Source: Octopus sinensis (Eukaryota). From it: DNA of 64,000 nucleotides. The stretch is taken from positions 54,684,001 through 54,748,000 of the forward strand of contig NC_043007.1 of the NCBI RefSeq assembly GCF_006345805.1. Direction: 5' to 3'. The notes under the pieces were generated by a model, which saw nothing but the letters and a program-made list of their open reading frames with translations, did no database searches and was not told the DNA's origin. Position numbers and translations under genes: made by a program. Positions 13,030 to 26,567 of the stretch are shown here, piece after piece; the stretch's first letter is position 1, and every line of letters starts with the position of its first letter.

Positions 13030-13905
13030 GTAGGTGCAGGCATGGCTGTATGGTAAGAAGCTTGTTTCCCAACCACATGGTTCCAGGTTCAGTTCTACTG
13101 TGTGGCACCTTGGGCAAGTGTCTTCTGCTATAGCCTCGGGCCAACCAAAGCCTTGTGAATGGATTTGGATCGAAATTGAAACAAGCCCATCATATAGTAG
13201 CTGCAGTCTCATATATGAGCAAAGTCATTGCTAGAAAGAATCATTGAAATGAGGCCCTTATATGACTCTATGGCCAAAGATTTATACAATCTATTGCATA
13301 ATACACAGCTGTGCTGGCTGACAGAGGGAACAGGTGCCACAATATAAATTCTTTTGACATACTTTTTCAATCCTCAACTGAGAGGCACACCTTTCCACAG
13401 GTTGCATATGTTCTCTTGTGAACAATAGCCATATCACAATTTACTAGGGGTCAATTCCTGTGAATTCTCTGATCATTGACCAGGACTGCATGACAAGCAT
13501 TTCCTTCCACAAAGCACACATAAAAAGCAACACTCCCTCATTTTTCACAGGTTCATTATTTCTAAGCCTTCTCTTGATCTTCTTGTGCGTCATTCTCTCT
13601 CTTTCATACTTTGAACAACCACTGTGCACTCTTTTCCTCCATCCATTTCACTCGTGTGTCTCTATCTCCCAATCAACAACTGAAATATATTTCATGTGAG
13701 TGTCTGTGTTTGTATTCCTGCTATCACTTGACAACTGATGCTGGTGTGTTTATGTCCCTATAACTTAGCAATTCAGCAAAAGAGACCAATAGAATAAGCA
13801 CTAGGCTTACAAAGAATAAGTCCTGGAGTCAATTTCTTCAATTAAAACCCTTTAGGGTGGTGCTCCAGCATGGCTGCAGTTAAATGACTGAAACAAGTAA
13901 AAGAG
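13030..13905 (+). mobile_element. tRNA-derived SINE split by a ~500 bp insertion
   Basis: Head at 13030-13200 (GGCTGTATGGTAAGAAGCTTG..GGTTCAGTT..CACCTTGGGCAAGTGTCTT); 3' half at 13700-13905 (AAGAATAAGTCCTGGAGTC..CAGTTAAATGACTGAAACAAG). Confidence 0.8.
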
Positions 13906-15539
13906 TATTCTGGCAATGATTCATTTTCTTTTTATTTTATGCCATGCATTTTATCAATGACAGTATTGTTAGTTATGTTTCCTGTGGGCTAATCTCTGCT
14001 ACTGATGCACTGAGAATGGCAAGGGAGTATCTATACAACTTGAGTGATATAATCAGCAGGTATCTTGTCTTAATACATTGATTTACTGGTAGTTTCTTGC
14101 TGATAGGTACATCTTTTGCTGATATGCTCACTTTTTTTATGTAAATATCCACAATACCTATCATTCACAAGAAACTGATCAAACTAAGGCTATAATAGAA
14201 GACTTTGCCCAAAGTACCACATCATGGAACCAAACTGCTTAAATATCCAGTTTTGCCTGCAGCCAGTAGATCTTTATTGCTATTAGAGTTCTGGCCTTCC
14301 TTGAAGCACTTGTTAAAATGGGATGTTACATGTACAAAACTTTTTCACATACCTGCTAATATTGTTGAGAAAGTAAAAAACATCACAAAACATTCATTAT
14401 TCTTCCAATAAATAAACTTTTGTCACTAATATTCTTACCATTTACCAGGTATATGAAACTAATCAGTGAGTACAGCAAACAAAAATTACTTGATCAGTAG
14501 TATCCATCCATGAGAAATTGATACTACTGACTTCATAGCAATGTGAAATTAAGTTTATCAGCTTATATTAATAACTTCATAATGGCAATTCATTCAGTAT
14601 TAGGACTCAAAGTTTTAGAGGTAGGTGGGGCACTAGTCAGTATAATTAATCGCAAAAAATGCCTTTATTAACTTCAGATGGATAAAAGATGAAGTTGACC
14701 ATGACAGTATTTGAACTCGGAATGTGTGTGAGAGGTGGGTGGGGGATTGAATATAGCAAGGCATTTTATCTGAGGTTCTATCTACTTAACACTTTAATCC
14801 CTTCTGTATAATAATAATAATAATACCACTACCAACATAGATGAAACAAGTGTTTATAAAGCAAATGTAAAAAGGTTGTCTGAGTTTATCTGTTGGTTGC
14901 TATACAGAACCAACATTATTCAAAATATTGATATAACTTAAATAGACTCTTATCAAATGTTTGAATTTATACAATACACCTTTCTTGGAAATGGGTGAGG
15001 AGGGCTGGCAACAGGAAGGGCATCCAGTCATAGAATATCTGCCTTAACAAAAACCATCCAACCTGTGCAATTATGAAAAAGTGTACATTAAAATGATGAC
15101 ATATATTTATACAAACACATACATGCAGATCATCTCCTCATATGCTTGCATGGATCAAATAGAATCCTTGAGACAGTTTCTACAACTAAATGCCCATCCT
15201 GTTGCCAAACCTCACCTGTTTCTAAGCAAGGTAATATTTCACCATTGCCAGTCAAATTTTTCACAGAAAACTGGAAATAAATAACATTGATTTGTATGAT
15301 GATAATGCCTATTTACAATCATTACATGATGTTATGACAAGAATATCCACAAACATATGTAAATATATATACACATACACACACAAACAAGCTTCTTTCA
15401 GTTTCCATCTTCCAAATCTATTTGCAGAGCTTTAGGTGGCCCACGGCTATAGTGGAGGATGCATGCCCAAGGTACTACATAGCCATGCTTGCACCTATAT
15501 ATAATCACACATGTAGACTTCAACAGTCCTTTGCCCTGT

Positions 15540-16650
15540 GATCTGATGATCTCTGCAGAAGTTAGGTGTAAAATGACTAGCTTATGAAATCCATATAAGC
15601 CATGTACAGGGGTACTGTCAGTAAACAGTGTTAGCCACAAGTTCAGTAATGAGTACAAGTAGATGTACACCAGGGCTCAGTCTTCAGTCCCTTCCTGTTC
15701 ATCATCATCCTCCAGGCCATAGCAGGTTGCTATTGGGAACTGCTGGTGACCGCATTCTCACAGCAGAATCACTAATAGAACTAGAAAAAATTTCAGGTGT
15801 GGAAGCAAAGCTGCAATCAAAGGACTTTAAAGTTAATTTAACAAAGAGCAAAGTTCTAGTGAGCAGGAACACAGACAGGCCTCAACTCCCTTCCGGTAAA
15901 CAGCCCTGCTCAATTCATAGGAAAGGTGTAGGTAGGATTTCTTTTGGGTGTACCCAGTACAAGCTATGGACTTGCAAAGTGCAGTAGAATTACAGGAAAG
16001 TTAAAAAAACTGTTCATATGTGGAAGATGTGCAGGTGTGATGAACATGAAAGACTCCTGAGAAATAGATTTTCTCCAATTCACAGGAATCTCCCTGGAGG
16101 TAGTAGATAGAATCTGTTATTTAGTTGACCTAATTAACAGTTAATGAGGATGCTGTGAAAGTATAGTCACTAAAATAAGAAAAAGAAAAATCAAAGCTGT
16201 TACTGTTGGCAACAAAAACTTTCCCGCTTTCAGAATAAGACAGATTGTCTGATACCTTTGTATGAGCAGTAATACTACATGGTAGTTAGACATTGATACT
16301 GAATGCTGAAGACATGCAAAGACTAGAGAGGAATCAAGTTTGTATGCTCAGATGTGCAATGTCAGTGTGTGTATATAATAGTACTAATGTTTTGAGAGGA
16401 AAAATGGACATAAGAGGAATTTGATGTAATGTGTAAGAGAGAAGACTGCACCTGTTTGGACATGTGATGGACATAGATGAGGACAGCTGCATAAAAAGTG
16501 CCAGTCACTTAAAGTAGATGGAACTTGTGAAAGAGGGAAACCCAGTGAGATGTGATGGATGATCTCAAGATGTTGAGCCTCACAGAGATGAGAAAGAATC
16601 AACATCACTGGCAATTTGCTGTGCTTGAGAAAACCTTCCATGAGGCCCTA
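15540..16650 (+). mobile_element. Older, decayed copy of the RTE/RTEX-like LINE RT region
   Basis: ORF 15628-15987 contains LTAESLIELEK..KVNLTKSKVLVS..PSGKQPCSIHRKGVGR..CTQYKLWT, homologous to 24118-24900. Confidence 0.85.
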
Positions 16651-17047
16651 AAAATATTATTTATGCTTATACAGTGATGGACCCTGATCTGATACCTATT
16701 CAGCTCATTCCGAACATCTTATCTATCTGATACTGTACCCTCCCCCAACTTCCATTCCTCCTTGATACATATTGCATCTCCTAACTTCTTTCACTACCAG
16801 TTGCTACCTCTGCTTCCACTTTTGTCCTACGTTTTCATTATCACTTTCTCCCTCTCTTTGTTCAACCATCTCCTTTCTGTTTTTCCAATTATCTCCTCTG
16901 CCATACTCCATTTTAATGCCTCTCATATATGCTACCATTCCAATGCCCTCTTGTATCTACTACCACTCCCATTCTCTATAGCTACCCCTTATGTACCTCT
17001 ACTCTTATGCTATGCTCATCATCCCCTACTTCCTGATCTATCGTTCC

Positions 17048-19446
17048 CAGGGGCAGATCTACCATAAAACTTATGAAGCTTAAGTTTCAGGGCCCCTAAT
17101 CCAGGAGGGGTCCCCTCTGAAGCAACTTAATGTTTTCATTCTGTCAATTTTAGTATTTTGCCACGCAGTCTTTGTGGACATCATATCATACACTTATGCA
17201 GAGTCTCGACACGCAGTATCTAGCCATGAGTTGTTCACCTGCTGTTTCTACCGGTGTGGAGTAGTATAAAAAGTAAAAGTACAGACAACTCACAGATAAT
17301 TTGCTTCACTTGAATTTATTTTGGAAACTTTGGCCCTGCCTCTCCCATTGTGAAATATGTTTACTACTACATCAGCACGGTAAAGATAAGAATTTTTATT
17401 TTCACACCATTATTTAATAACCAATGAAAGGGTTTGCCTCCTAATTTTGGACTTACAAGCTGTTTAGTAACAAAGCATTTTTTCTACTTTAAAAATTGTT
17501 GGAATATTACATTGTACAAAATGAACAATTCTTCATTTATGACTATATATTAAGTTGTTGACCCTTATCTTGATCAATCTCTGTCTCGCTGTGGCTAATG
17601 AAAATATTACCCCAATTTCTTTTTCACAGAGGTCTAGTCCCCAAGAGGAACAGCAGTGTCTTCAAGAAAGTACTCGAGTGGATACCAGAAATGCCAACTC
17701 AAGGAAGAGCAATCTAATGAAATCTCTAAATGTCAAAAACTATCAAACTATTTTACTATAAGTAAAAGATTGTTATCACCTGCAACTGAAACAAGCCATG
17801 CAAGTACCAGTGAAGTCTATGATAGTACACAAACCATGAGTGTTCTGTTTAGCAATAATCAACCTACTGTTGACACTTTTGGTACAGATGATGGTCATGG
17901 TGGTCAAGAACTTCGAGAAAAGATGGAGCAGAAACAGCAAGCAAATTTAGTGATTTCAAAGATTACAGTGACATGGCAAACTGGCCAGTAACAATTGATA
18001 ATGATTTCGTACAAAACTGCTTAATGCAAAGCATCAGTTTTTTTCAAAATAAAAAAACAGATAATGTATATACTGAATCCAACAAAATTTACAAACAGCA
18101 AAATCGAAGTTTCTCAAGCAAGTACTTTGAAAAAAAGGATTGAAAAATGGTCAGACTGTGATGAGATCCTGGTTAGTTTTCTCAAAGAACAAACTCTTTT
18201 CTAAATGCAAAATATCACTTACAACGGGTGGGTTTTCTGACTGTATGAATATACTCAGAACTCCAGAAAATCATGAAGATAGCAAGGAACATAACATCCA
18301 GTTGAGCTGGATAACACGAAAGTCAAATAAAAACACTGTGGATCAGCAACTTGAGGAATAGCTGAGAAAAAACATGCAGTACTATTTTGAAGTACTAGAA
18401 AGAGTTGTAATAGTTAAGTTTTTAAGTGAAAGGGGTTTAGCATTTAGAGGTCATGAGGAAAAGTGGGGCTCCCCAAACAATGGAAATTTCATGGGGGTCA
18501 TTCAGCTTATTGCGGATTTTGACCCATTTTTACATGAACATTTAGAGAAATGTAAAAATGAAAAAGTAAATATTACTTACCTACCCAAATCTGTATCTGA
18601 AGAATTGAGGGAAATCACGGGAAAACATGTGTAAGATGAAGTGGTGAATCAGCTCAACAACCTAGACATCAAATACTACTCAATTATTTTTGACTCTACA
18701 CCTAACATAACACATGTTGACCAGCTGGTAATTTTGGTTCGATACTGTTATAATAGAAAACCCCATGAGAGAATTTTAGCATTTTTGCCAATAGAAAAAC
18801 CACAACCTTGTTCAACAAAATAATTTCTGGGGGAACATAAGCTTTCACTTGAAAATATCCATGGTCAGTTGTATGATAATGCATCCAACATGAAAGGCTC
18901 AGAGAAAGGGCTGCAAGCACTTCTTAAAAACATTAACTGTTATGCAGACTATGTACCATGTGCAAACCATTCACTCAACCTTGTTTGATAAAAGGCAGTG
19001 TCTACTGTACCTGAAGTTGTTGACTATTTTGGCATCTTGCAGCAGCTGTATATTTTCTTTTCTGAATCTCCTCAAAGATGAGAGATTTTGAACACACAAG
19101 GCAATCTAGCCTTTTCTGTAAAGAGCTTAAGTATAACTAATTGGCCTGCACATTATGAAACAGCCTGGGCAATTAAAAATGGATATAGGGATATTTTACA
19201 AACTCTCAAACATGTTTGAAGGCTTAGAAGAGAAGCCTGAATGTAAGCGAGATGGAAAGAATTTATACCACAAATTGGTAAAATTGGAATATGCTATTTT
19301 AACATTCGTTTGGGAAGATGTTATGGAGTGTTTTAACAAAACAAGTAAGAAACTCCAAATCCCTGGTTCTGATGTATTTGAAGGTTACCTTCTGCTAGCA
19401 TCTTTGTTTTCATTTGTTAAAGAACTACGAGAAAATTCAGCCAACA
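17048..19446 (+). mobile_element. hAT transposon (ZMYM1/DUF4371-like transposase), pseudogenised, 3' end missing
   Basis: CAGGGGCAGATCT terminus at 17048. Fragments: RSWLVFS..GFSD (TTF-type zinc finger region), KFLSERGLAFRGHEE..NNGNFMG, YYSIIFDSTPNITHVDQLVILVRY, GQLYDNASNMKG, CANHSLNLV. Many frameshifts. Confidence 0.9.
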
Positions 19447-19452
19447 GGATTG

Positions 19453-19866
19453 CACACTCTCTTTTTTTTTTTTTACTTGTTTCAGTCATTTGATTGTGGC
19501 CATGCTGGAGCACCACCTTTAGTCAAGCAAATCGACCCCAGGACTTATTCTTTGTAAGCCTAGTACTTATTCTATCAGTCTCTTTTGCCAAACCGCCAAG
19601 TTACAGGAACATAAACACATCAGCATCGGTTGTCAAGCGATGTTGGAGGGACAAACACAAACACAAACATACATATATATATATATATATATACATACAT
19701 ATGACGGGCTTCTTTCAGTTTCCATCTACCAAATCCACTCACAAGGCTTTGGTCAGCCCAGGGCTATAGTAGAAGACACTTGCCCAAGGTGCCACGCAGT
19801 GGGACTGAACCCAGAACCATGTGGTTCGTAAGCAAGCTACTTACCACACAGCCACTCCTACGCCTA
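19453..19866 (-). mobile_element. Full-length tRNA-derived SINE
   Basis: Reverse complement shows the GGAGTGGCTGTGTGGTAAG A-box-like head, GGTTCAGTCCC B-box, central (TA/TG)n and the conserved 3' tail. Confidence 0.92.
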
Positions 19867-19896
19867 TGCAACAGTAAGAAAAGGTGTATCCAAATA

Positions 19897-20760
19897 CAGC
19901 TAGCCAGGGGTTCCTGGTTGATACATTAATTTATTTCACCATTTTTGAAGCTGAGAACATGACTGTTTTTCAATTACCTTTTTAAGTTACGTTATCTGCT
20001 TAAGCGTCATCTGTTTAAATATCTGCCACTTAAAAAGCAACTGAAAATGATATAGTTCTCAGCTTGAAAAACAGTGGAGTAAATTAACGTCTTGGCAAGA
20101 AACCTTGGATAGCAATATTTAACCAGACTCATGGTTTTTATTATAACATTATGCATCCCACTACATATATGTACATCATCATCATCATATACATATATAT
20201 CACTCTGTAAGAACCAGTTTATCTGGAGCCCATTCACAAATTTATGATATGGAATTGTGATGAACCATAACTTTGGACCCTACCAAAAGATTACTTGGAG
20301 TTCTTCGTTAATCTAAGTAATATCATTAGCGTGGCGTGCCAACAGAGAGCTTATGAAATATTTTGCCCAGATTGATAATCCCTCACTATTTGTTTTGTTG
20401 TGTGCGTGCATGTGTGTGACCCAACATAGCTACAGCCTTTAGGTTGAAACATATAAAAGAATATGTATATGATGATGATGATATACATATATGTAGTGGG
20501 GTGTATAATGTTATAATAAAAACCGTGAGCCTTGTTAAATATTGCTATCCAAGGTTTCTTGCCAAGACGTTAATTTACTCCACTGTTTTTCAAGCTGAGA
20601 ACTATATCATTTTCAGTTGCTTTTTAAGCGGCAGATATTTAAACAGATGACGCTTAAGCAGATAACGTTACTTAAAAAGGTAATTGAAAAACAGTCATGC
20701 TCTCAGCTTCAAAAATGGTGAAATAAATTAATGTATCAACCAGGAACCCCTGGCTAGCTG
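19897..20760. mobile_element. Fold-back MITE with ~300 bp TIRs and TA target duplication
   Basis: 19897-20196 is inverted at 20461-20760 (roughly 95% by eye); TA|CAGCTAGCC...GGCTAGCTG|TA. The duplicated antisense ORFs (20007-20237 and 20444-20650) reflect the symmetry. Confidence 0.9.
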
Positions 20761-21317
20761 TATTTAACAAGACTTGTGGATTTTACTATAACATTATTTT
20801 TACTCCCTTAGCTGACTGAACTTGTCGAATAGCCCTACACCAGAACTGATAATATCAAAATGAAGCTTTGTTCTTTTTTATTTACAGCTCTGTATAATCA
20901 TTAGAGAAGAACACAGGGTGAGGAAGGGTTCTGAATCACTCAGTTACTTTTAAGGCATTTCTTCATGTTGTTTTCTCTTCTCTTTATTCTTATTTCATGC
21001 TGGCCTGCTGTAATGAACTACAAGCAATACCCAATTTTTTTTTTCCTTCCTCCTTTTGTTTCCACATCTCTCTATTTGATAAGTTATAGTGATTCACAAG
21101 CACCACCCAAAAGTCTAATGGAGCTACCTGCTTGGTGTATAATGGTAAATATCTTTAAGCATAAACATTGATCCAGTGAGAAACCATTAATGTGAGGTGT
21201 CTGCTTAAGCATATACATGGAATAATGACATGTGGTATACAGAAACATATGTCACAATGAATTAATAGAATATGAAAATTTCCATCCACAAATTTTCATT
21301 ATTACTATATATATATA

Positions 21318-23088
21318 CTAGCAGAGACACCCGATGTTGCTCGGGATTAATATGGCATAGTTTGTATATAATATATTACAGTTATGTTGAAACAGGTGAT
21401 ATGGGAAAGTGCAGCATTGACAACAAAACATTTGTGGAGTGAATGATGGGCTAATTCGACTAAGCAACATGCTATGCGTCTGTTTGGAATATTTCAGGTC
21501 CTAACCTGTGGGGGTTATGTGAATTTTGAATGCACCGAGAAACTGTTAGTGGATATACTCTCTTTTGCAGCAGTCGGCGCTGTATCTAACACAACCCATC
21601 ATCTGAAATGTTGACACGTCCATTGGGTTCGTTGTCCTACATCACTCATAAAGTAAATTTGGAGGAACTGTGGTTGTTCATTTGAGGGTAACAGGGAACC
21701 ACTGAGGTGATAGACTTGCCCTTGAACTTTGACGTCGTCGTAAATTCATGTTTATCTATCTTCTTAGATGCACCAAACAATGTCATTTGCGGAGTTGTAT
21801 GATATTGTTCGGAAAATCCTTTGGCTAGATGGAAATGCCTTCTAGAAGATCCATAAGAGGTTGAGAAGGAGCTGGTAGGGCTGACAATCTTACCTGACCA
21901 CCTGAGCAGCACATACCATTTGTTTCATTTGAAAATTTGAAAGCTCTACAGAAAAGCACACCATTTTGGACAGAGTTATTATTTTTATAAGAATGGGATG
22001 GATCATTTCTGAAAACAGCTTCAGGAGTTGTGAAGAGCGAATTTGTACGTAATTTGTTTCTGAGAGCTATTCTGTTGGACCTCTGTCTTCTACAATCCTC
22101 CTTGCTTTATACTTGTTTCTGGAGAGACTACATCTTTTCTTTGGTGGCATATTTTTCCCAATATTGTAAACAAAAAATTATGAACATTGAAAGAAATTAT
22201 ACATTAGTCCCTATTTTTGTAAGCAGTTGTATCCATAAAAATTTTATTTGAAGAGAGGAGAAATTGAAAAAAGATAAAGCAAAAAGAAAAATGTAAGAAA
22301 GTGAAAGATGTATGTACGCCTATATGAAATAGACGTATGTGTGTGCGTGCGTGCGTGCATGCTTGCACATGTATATGTGAGAGAGATAGAGTGAGTGAGT
22401 GAAGGTGTATGTCATGATGATTGACGTCTTTTAAGGTACACATACATAGAAAATGTGACATCATTGTACAAAATTTTTACAATATTCAATTTATGTAAAA
22501 GATTATGTTAAATTTTTAAGATGCAAATATGTGTATGAAAATTAAGTTTAATTTGTAGCCAAAATAGTACTGAATCTTTTGATACCCCATATGTCAAAAT
22601 CTGTAACTCGGTTTTGGAAAGCATAAGGACTATATAATATCAATAAGCCAGACCTGGTAGAAATAGCAGCCAAATCTCCCTCAAAACACCCTACTGTCTT
22701 AATCCGACAATTCTGCTTATTATGTAGTTTTAATGAGAAACTGTAACTCAAGATAAAAATTATTAACCCCACAGAGAGAGGAAAGAAGTGAGACAGCATA
22801 GTGACGGTTTTGGCTGACTGTCATTCTGTACTCCCGTTGTTGCTAGTGAAATGCCATGTACCGGCTGTCTGAGCAACTGGTTGTTGTAATGGCAGAACAA
22901 ACAGGACATAAAGATTACAAAAATAGCATTTCTCACTTTGAAACTAACAATTTTGAAAATCTTTTTGAATTACAGAATGCCCCGCTTTCTCATGTATCCA
23001 TGTTTAAAATTTCAGCGCAATCAGATGAACAATACTCGAGTTATAAGCGCACAAACAGACAGACAGACAGAATGAATTTTATATAAGA
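21318..23088 (-). mobile_element. Non-autonomous Helitron (ends paired by inference)
   Basis: 3' end on minus strand: hairpin at 21330-21345 then CTAG|T at 21318. 5' end: A|TCTTATATAAAATTC(ATT)(CTGT)n at 23088. The two ends may belong to different copies. Confidence 0.6.
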
Positions 23089-23149
23089 TGATATATTATA
23101 TACACACATATATACTTACAAACATACATATATACATACATACATATAT

Positions 23150-23400
23150 CCCGTGATCACGTGACCGACCAGACCATCAGATGTTGTTACACATCGCTGG
23201 TCACAATGCGTTCACATTGTTTTAGCCTTCGAATGATGCCACCCTGCTGGCTAAGCGAGCAGGCCAACAGGAGAAAGAGTGGTGAAAGAGTACAGCAGGG
23301 ATCACCACCCCCTGCCAGAGCCTCGTGGAGCTTTTAGGTGTTTTCACTCAATAAACACACACAACACCCGGTCTGGGAATCGAAACTGCAATCCTACACC
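23150..23400 (-). mobile_element. SINE of a second family
   Basis: B-box-like GTTTCGATTCCC on the minus strand near 23375-23390, followed by a body typical of abundant octopus short repeats. Confidence 0.6.
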
Positions 23401-23421
23401 TCCACACATACATATATATAT

Positions 23422-23686
23422 AGGAGTGACTGTGGTAAGTAGCTTGCTTTACCAATCACATGGTTCTGGGTTCAGACCCACTGCATGGCACCTTGGGCAA
23501 ATATCTTCCACCATAGCCTCAGGCCAACCAAAGCCTTGTGAGTCGATTTGTTAGATGGAAACTGAAAGAAGCCCATCATATATATATATGTATGCACGTA
23601 TGTATGTTTGTGTGTCTGTGATTGTCCCCTCACCATTGGTTGACAACCAATGTTGGTGTATTTACATCCCTGTAACTTAGCAGTTC
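23422..23686 (+). mobile_element. tRNA-derived SINE, truncated at a LINE junction
   Basis: GGAGTGACTGTGGTAAGTAGCTTGCTT head; stops at CTGTAACTTAGCAGTT where LINE sequence begins. Confidence 0.85.
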
Positions 23687-23689
23687 ACT

Positions 23690-25122
23690 TGCACTAAATG
23701 AGGCTGCAAAGAGAGAGGTTTGGAGATGCCACTATAAAAGGTTGCTGAATAAAGAAAATGAATGGGAGAAAGAGAGTCTGCTGAATGTTGACCCAACAGA
23801 GGGACCAGCTATCCGAGTTGACAGTACATTGGTAGATAAAGCAATTAAAAGTGTGAAGACGGGGAAAGACCCCGGTCCATCAGGAATTACTGCAGTGATG
23901 CTCAAAATATCTGGCAGTGTCGGCTATAGTCACCCGTATAGTTAACCAGGTGATACATGAAGGAGTCATACTCAATGACTGGCTATGTTTCTGGTAAGAC
24001 AGCTGCAGGAGAAATACCTAGCCAAAGATACCTGGCTTTCATTGACATGGAGAAAGCCTTTGACAGGGTCTCCCGATCTATTATCTGGTGGTCAATGAGG
24101 AAACTAGGGATAGATGAATGGTTAGTGAGAGCCATGTACAGTACAGCAACGAGTACACTGAAGAATTCAGGGTAGAGGTAGGGGTCCACCAAGATTCAGT
24201 CCTCAGCACCCTCCTATTTATCATAGTCCTCCAGGCAATAATGGAGGAATTCAAGACAGGATGCCCCTGGGAGCTCCTCTGTGCTGTTGACCTTGCTGTA
24301 ATTGCTGAGTCACTATCAGAACTGGAGGAGAGGTTTCAGGTGTGGAAACAAGGATTAGAATCGGAGGGCCTTAGAATCAACCTAGCTAAAACCAAAGTCC
24401 TAATAAGCAGTAAGGCAGGCAAACCACAAATCCCTTCAGGTAGATGGCCCTGCCCAATCTGTAGTAGAGGCGTAGGTAGAAACTCTATAAGATGTACCCA
24501 GTGTAAGCTATGGACACATAAGAGGTGCAGTAATATCAAAGGAAGGCTAACTGGGAAGATAGTTTTTGAATGTGACAGATGCTCGGGTGCAATAAACACT
24601 GAAAATGCGCAGAGAACAACTTCCGCCACATTCCAAGGAGAAAAACTAGAAGTAGTTGATAGCTTCCGTTATCTAGGTGACCAAGTCAGTAGTGGGGGAG
24701 GTTGCGCTGAAAGTGCAGCTGCTAGAATAAGAATAGCCTGGGCAAAGTTCAGAGAGCTCTTACCTCTGCTGGTGACAAAGGGCCTCTCACTCAGAGTAAA
24801 AGGTAGACTGTATGATGCTTGTGTACGAACAACCATGCTACATGGCAGTGAAACATGGGCTGTGACTGCTGAGGACATGCGTAAGCTCACAAGGAATTAA
24901 GCCAGTATGATCCGATGGATGTGTAATGCCAGTGTGCATACTCGACAGAGTGTAATTACCTCAAGAGAAAAGTTGGACCTAAGAAGCATCAGATGTGATG
25001 TGCAAGAGAGACTACTGTGCTGGTATGGTCATGTGGCGAGAATGGATGTGGATAGCTGTGTGAAAAAGTGCCACACCCTAGCAGTTGAGGGAACCTGTGG
25101 AAGAGGTAGACCCAGGAAGACG
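23690..25122 (+). mobile_element. RTE/RTEX-like LINE RT region with an embedded PHD finger; catalytically dead
   Basis: ORFs 23742-23945, 24118-24900 and 24907 onward: KTGKDPGPSGI, AFIDMEKAFDRV, GVHQDSVLSTLLF, ELLCAVDL (mutated YADD), FRYLGD. Confidence 0.93.
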
Positions 25123-25129
25123 AGACTCC

Positions 25130-25385
25130 GTAGACAGAAACTGAAAGAAGCCCATCGTATATATATGTATGTGTGTGTTTATGTTTGTGTCTGTGTTTGT
25201 CACCCCACCATCACTTGTCAACCGATGCTGGTGTGTTTATGTCCCCGTAACTTACTGGTTCGGCAAAAGAGACCTATAGAATATGTGCTAGGCTTACAAA
25301 GAATAAGTCCTGAGGTCGATTTGCTCAACTAAAGGTGGTGCTCCTGCATGGCTGCAGTTAAATGACTGAAACAAGTAAGAGAGTA
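25130..25385 (+). mobile_element. 3' half of the tRNA-derived SINE
   Basis: GTAGACAGAAACTGAAAGAAGCCC..GCTGCAGTTAAATGACTGAAACAAG. Confidence 0.85.
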
Positions 25386-25454
25386 TATATAACTATATAG
25401 TTTTATATATGTATGTCTATATATTGACATATATATCTTGCACACCTCAGAGTA

Positions 25455-26400
25455 AAAAACTAAAACCAAGTCCTTGACCAGAGATATCCTCTTTGCAGAT
25501 GATGTAGTACTGCTTGCTTGCAGCGAGTCAACACTACAGATGATAATGGAGCTCCTTTCACAAGCCTGCAAAGGATTTTCTCTTGTAATGAGCATCAAGA
25601 AGACAGCCATTCTGACACAAGATGGCACAACTCAAGGCAACATCATGCTGGACAACAAACCTTTGGAAGTTGTAAAGAAATTCTGCTATCTCAGGTCCAC
25701 AATGACTTTGACAACCTCCCTAGATGATGAAATATGATAGAAAAGCTGCTACAGCCTCTAGTAGACTTGGCAAGAGAGCATGGAACAACAAGATGCTCAC
25801 AGTGAAAACCAAAATCAGGATTTATGAAGCATGCATAATAATCACCTTCCTCTATGGATGAAAGACCTGGACATTATACACAAGACGAGAAGAAGCTCAA
25901 TGTATTTCATCTGTGATGCCTATGCAAGATCTTTGGCATCACCTGGCAAGACAAAGTAACCAACACAGAAGTCTTGAAACAAGCAGCACTTCTGAGCATG
26001 ACAACTATTATGTGCAAAAGGAGACTAAGATAGCTGATGACGACAGAATTCCAAAGCAGTTGTTATATGGTGAGTTGGCTCAGAGTAGCAGACCCAGAGG
26101 ATGAGGAAAGCTGAGATTCAGGGATACATGTAAGAGCAGCCTGACCAAATGCTACATCAATGCAAAGGCTTGGGAAAAGTTAGCTGAAGACAGAACAGCA
26201 TGGAAAACCTCAGTGAATAAAGGAGACAAACAACTCAAGGGAGGAAATATCCTGACCCTTGAAGTAAAATGCCAAAGAAAGAAAGGTAGCCCACCACAGC
26301 CCTGCAGTACCTTCTGTGGTTACAGATATTGTAGCAGAACTTGCTCATCAAACAGGAAAGATGACTGTCAAGACATAAAGAACTATATATATATATATAT
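25455..26400 (+). mobile_element. Decayed RTE (BovB-like) LINE 3' fragment
   Basis: TRDILFADDVVLLA..SIKKT..LEVVKKFCYLRST (25474-25737); DDRIPKQLLYGEL (25913-26104). Confidence 0.88.
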
Positions 26401-26567
26401 TACCTCCCAACCACATGATTCCAACTTCAGTCCCACTATGTAGCAGCTTGGGAAAGAGTCTATAGCTACAATAGCACCGTGCCAACCAAAGCATTGTAAG
26501 TGGATTTGGTTGACAGAAACTGAAAGAAGGCCATTGTATATGTATGTATATATGTGTGTGTGTATAT

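Noticed and set aside
14353-14420. Minus-strand CAG|GTATG donor with a short open frame (..MFFTFSTILAG)
   Set aside because: No convincing acceptor, homology or partner exons.
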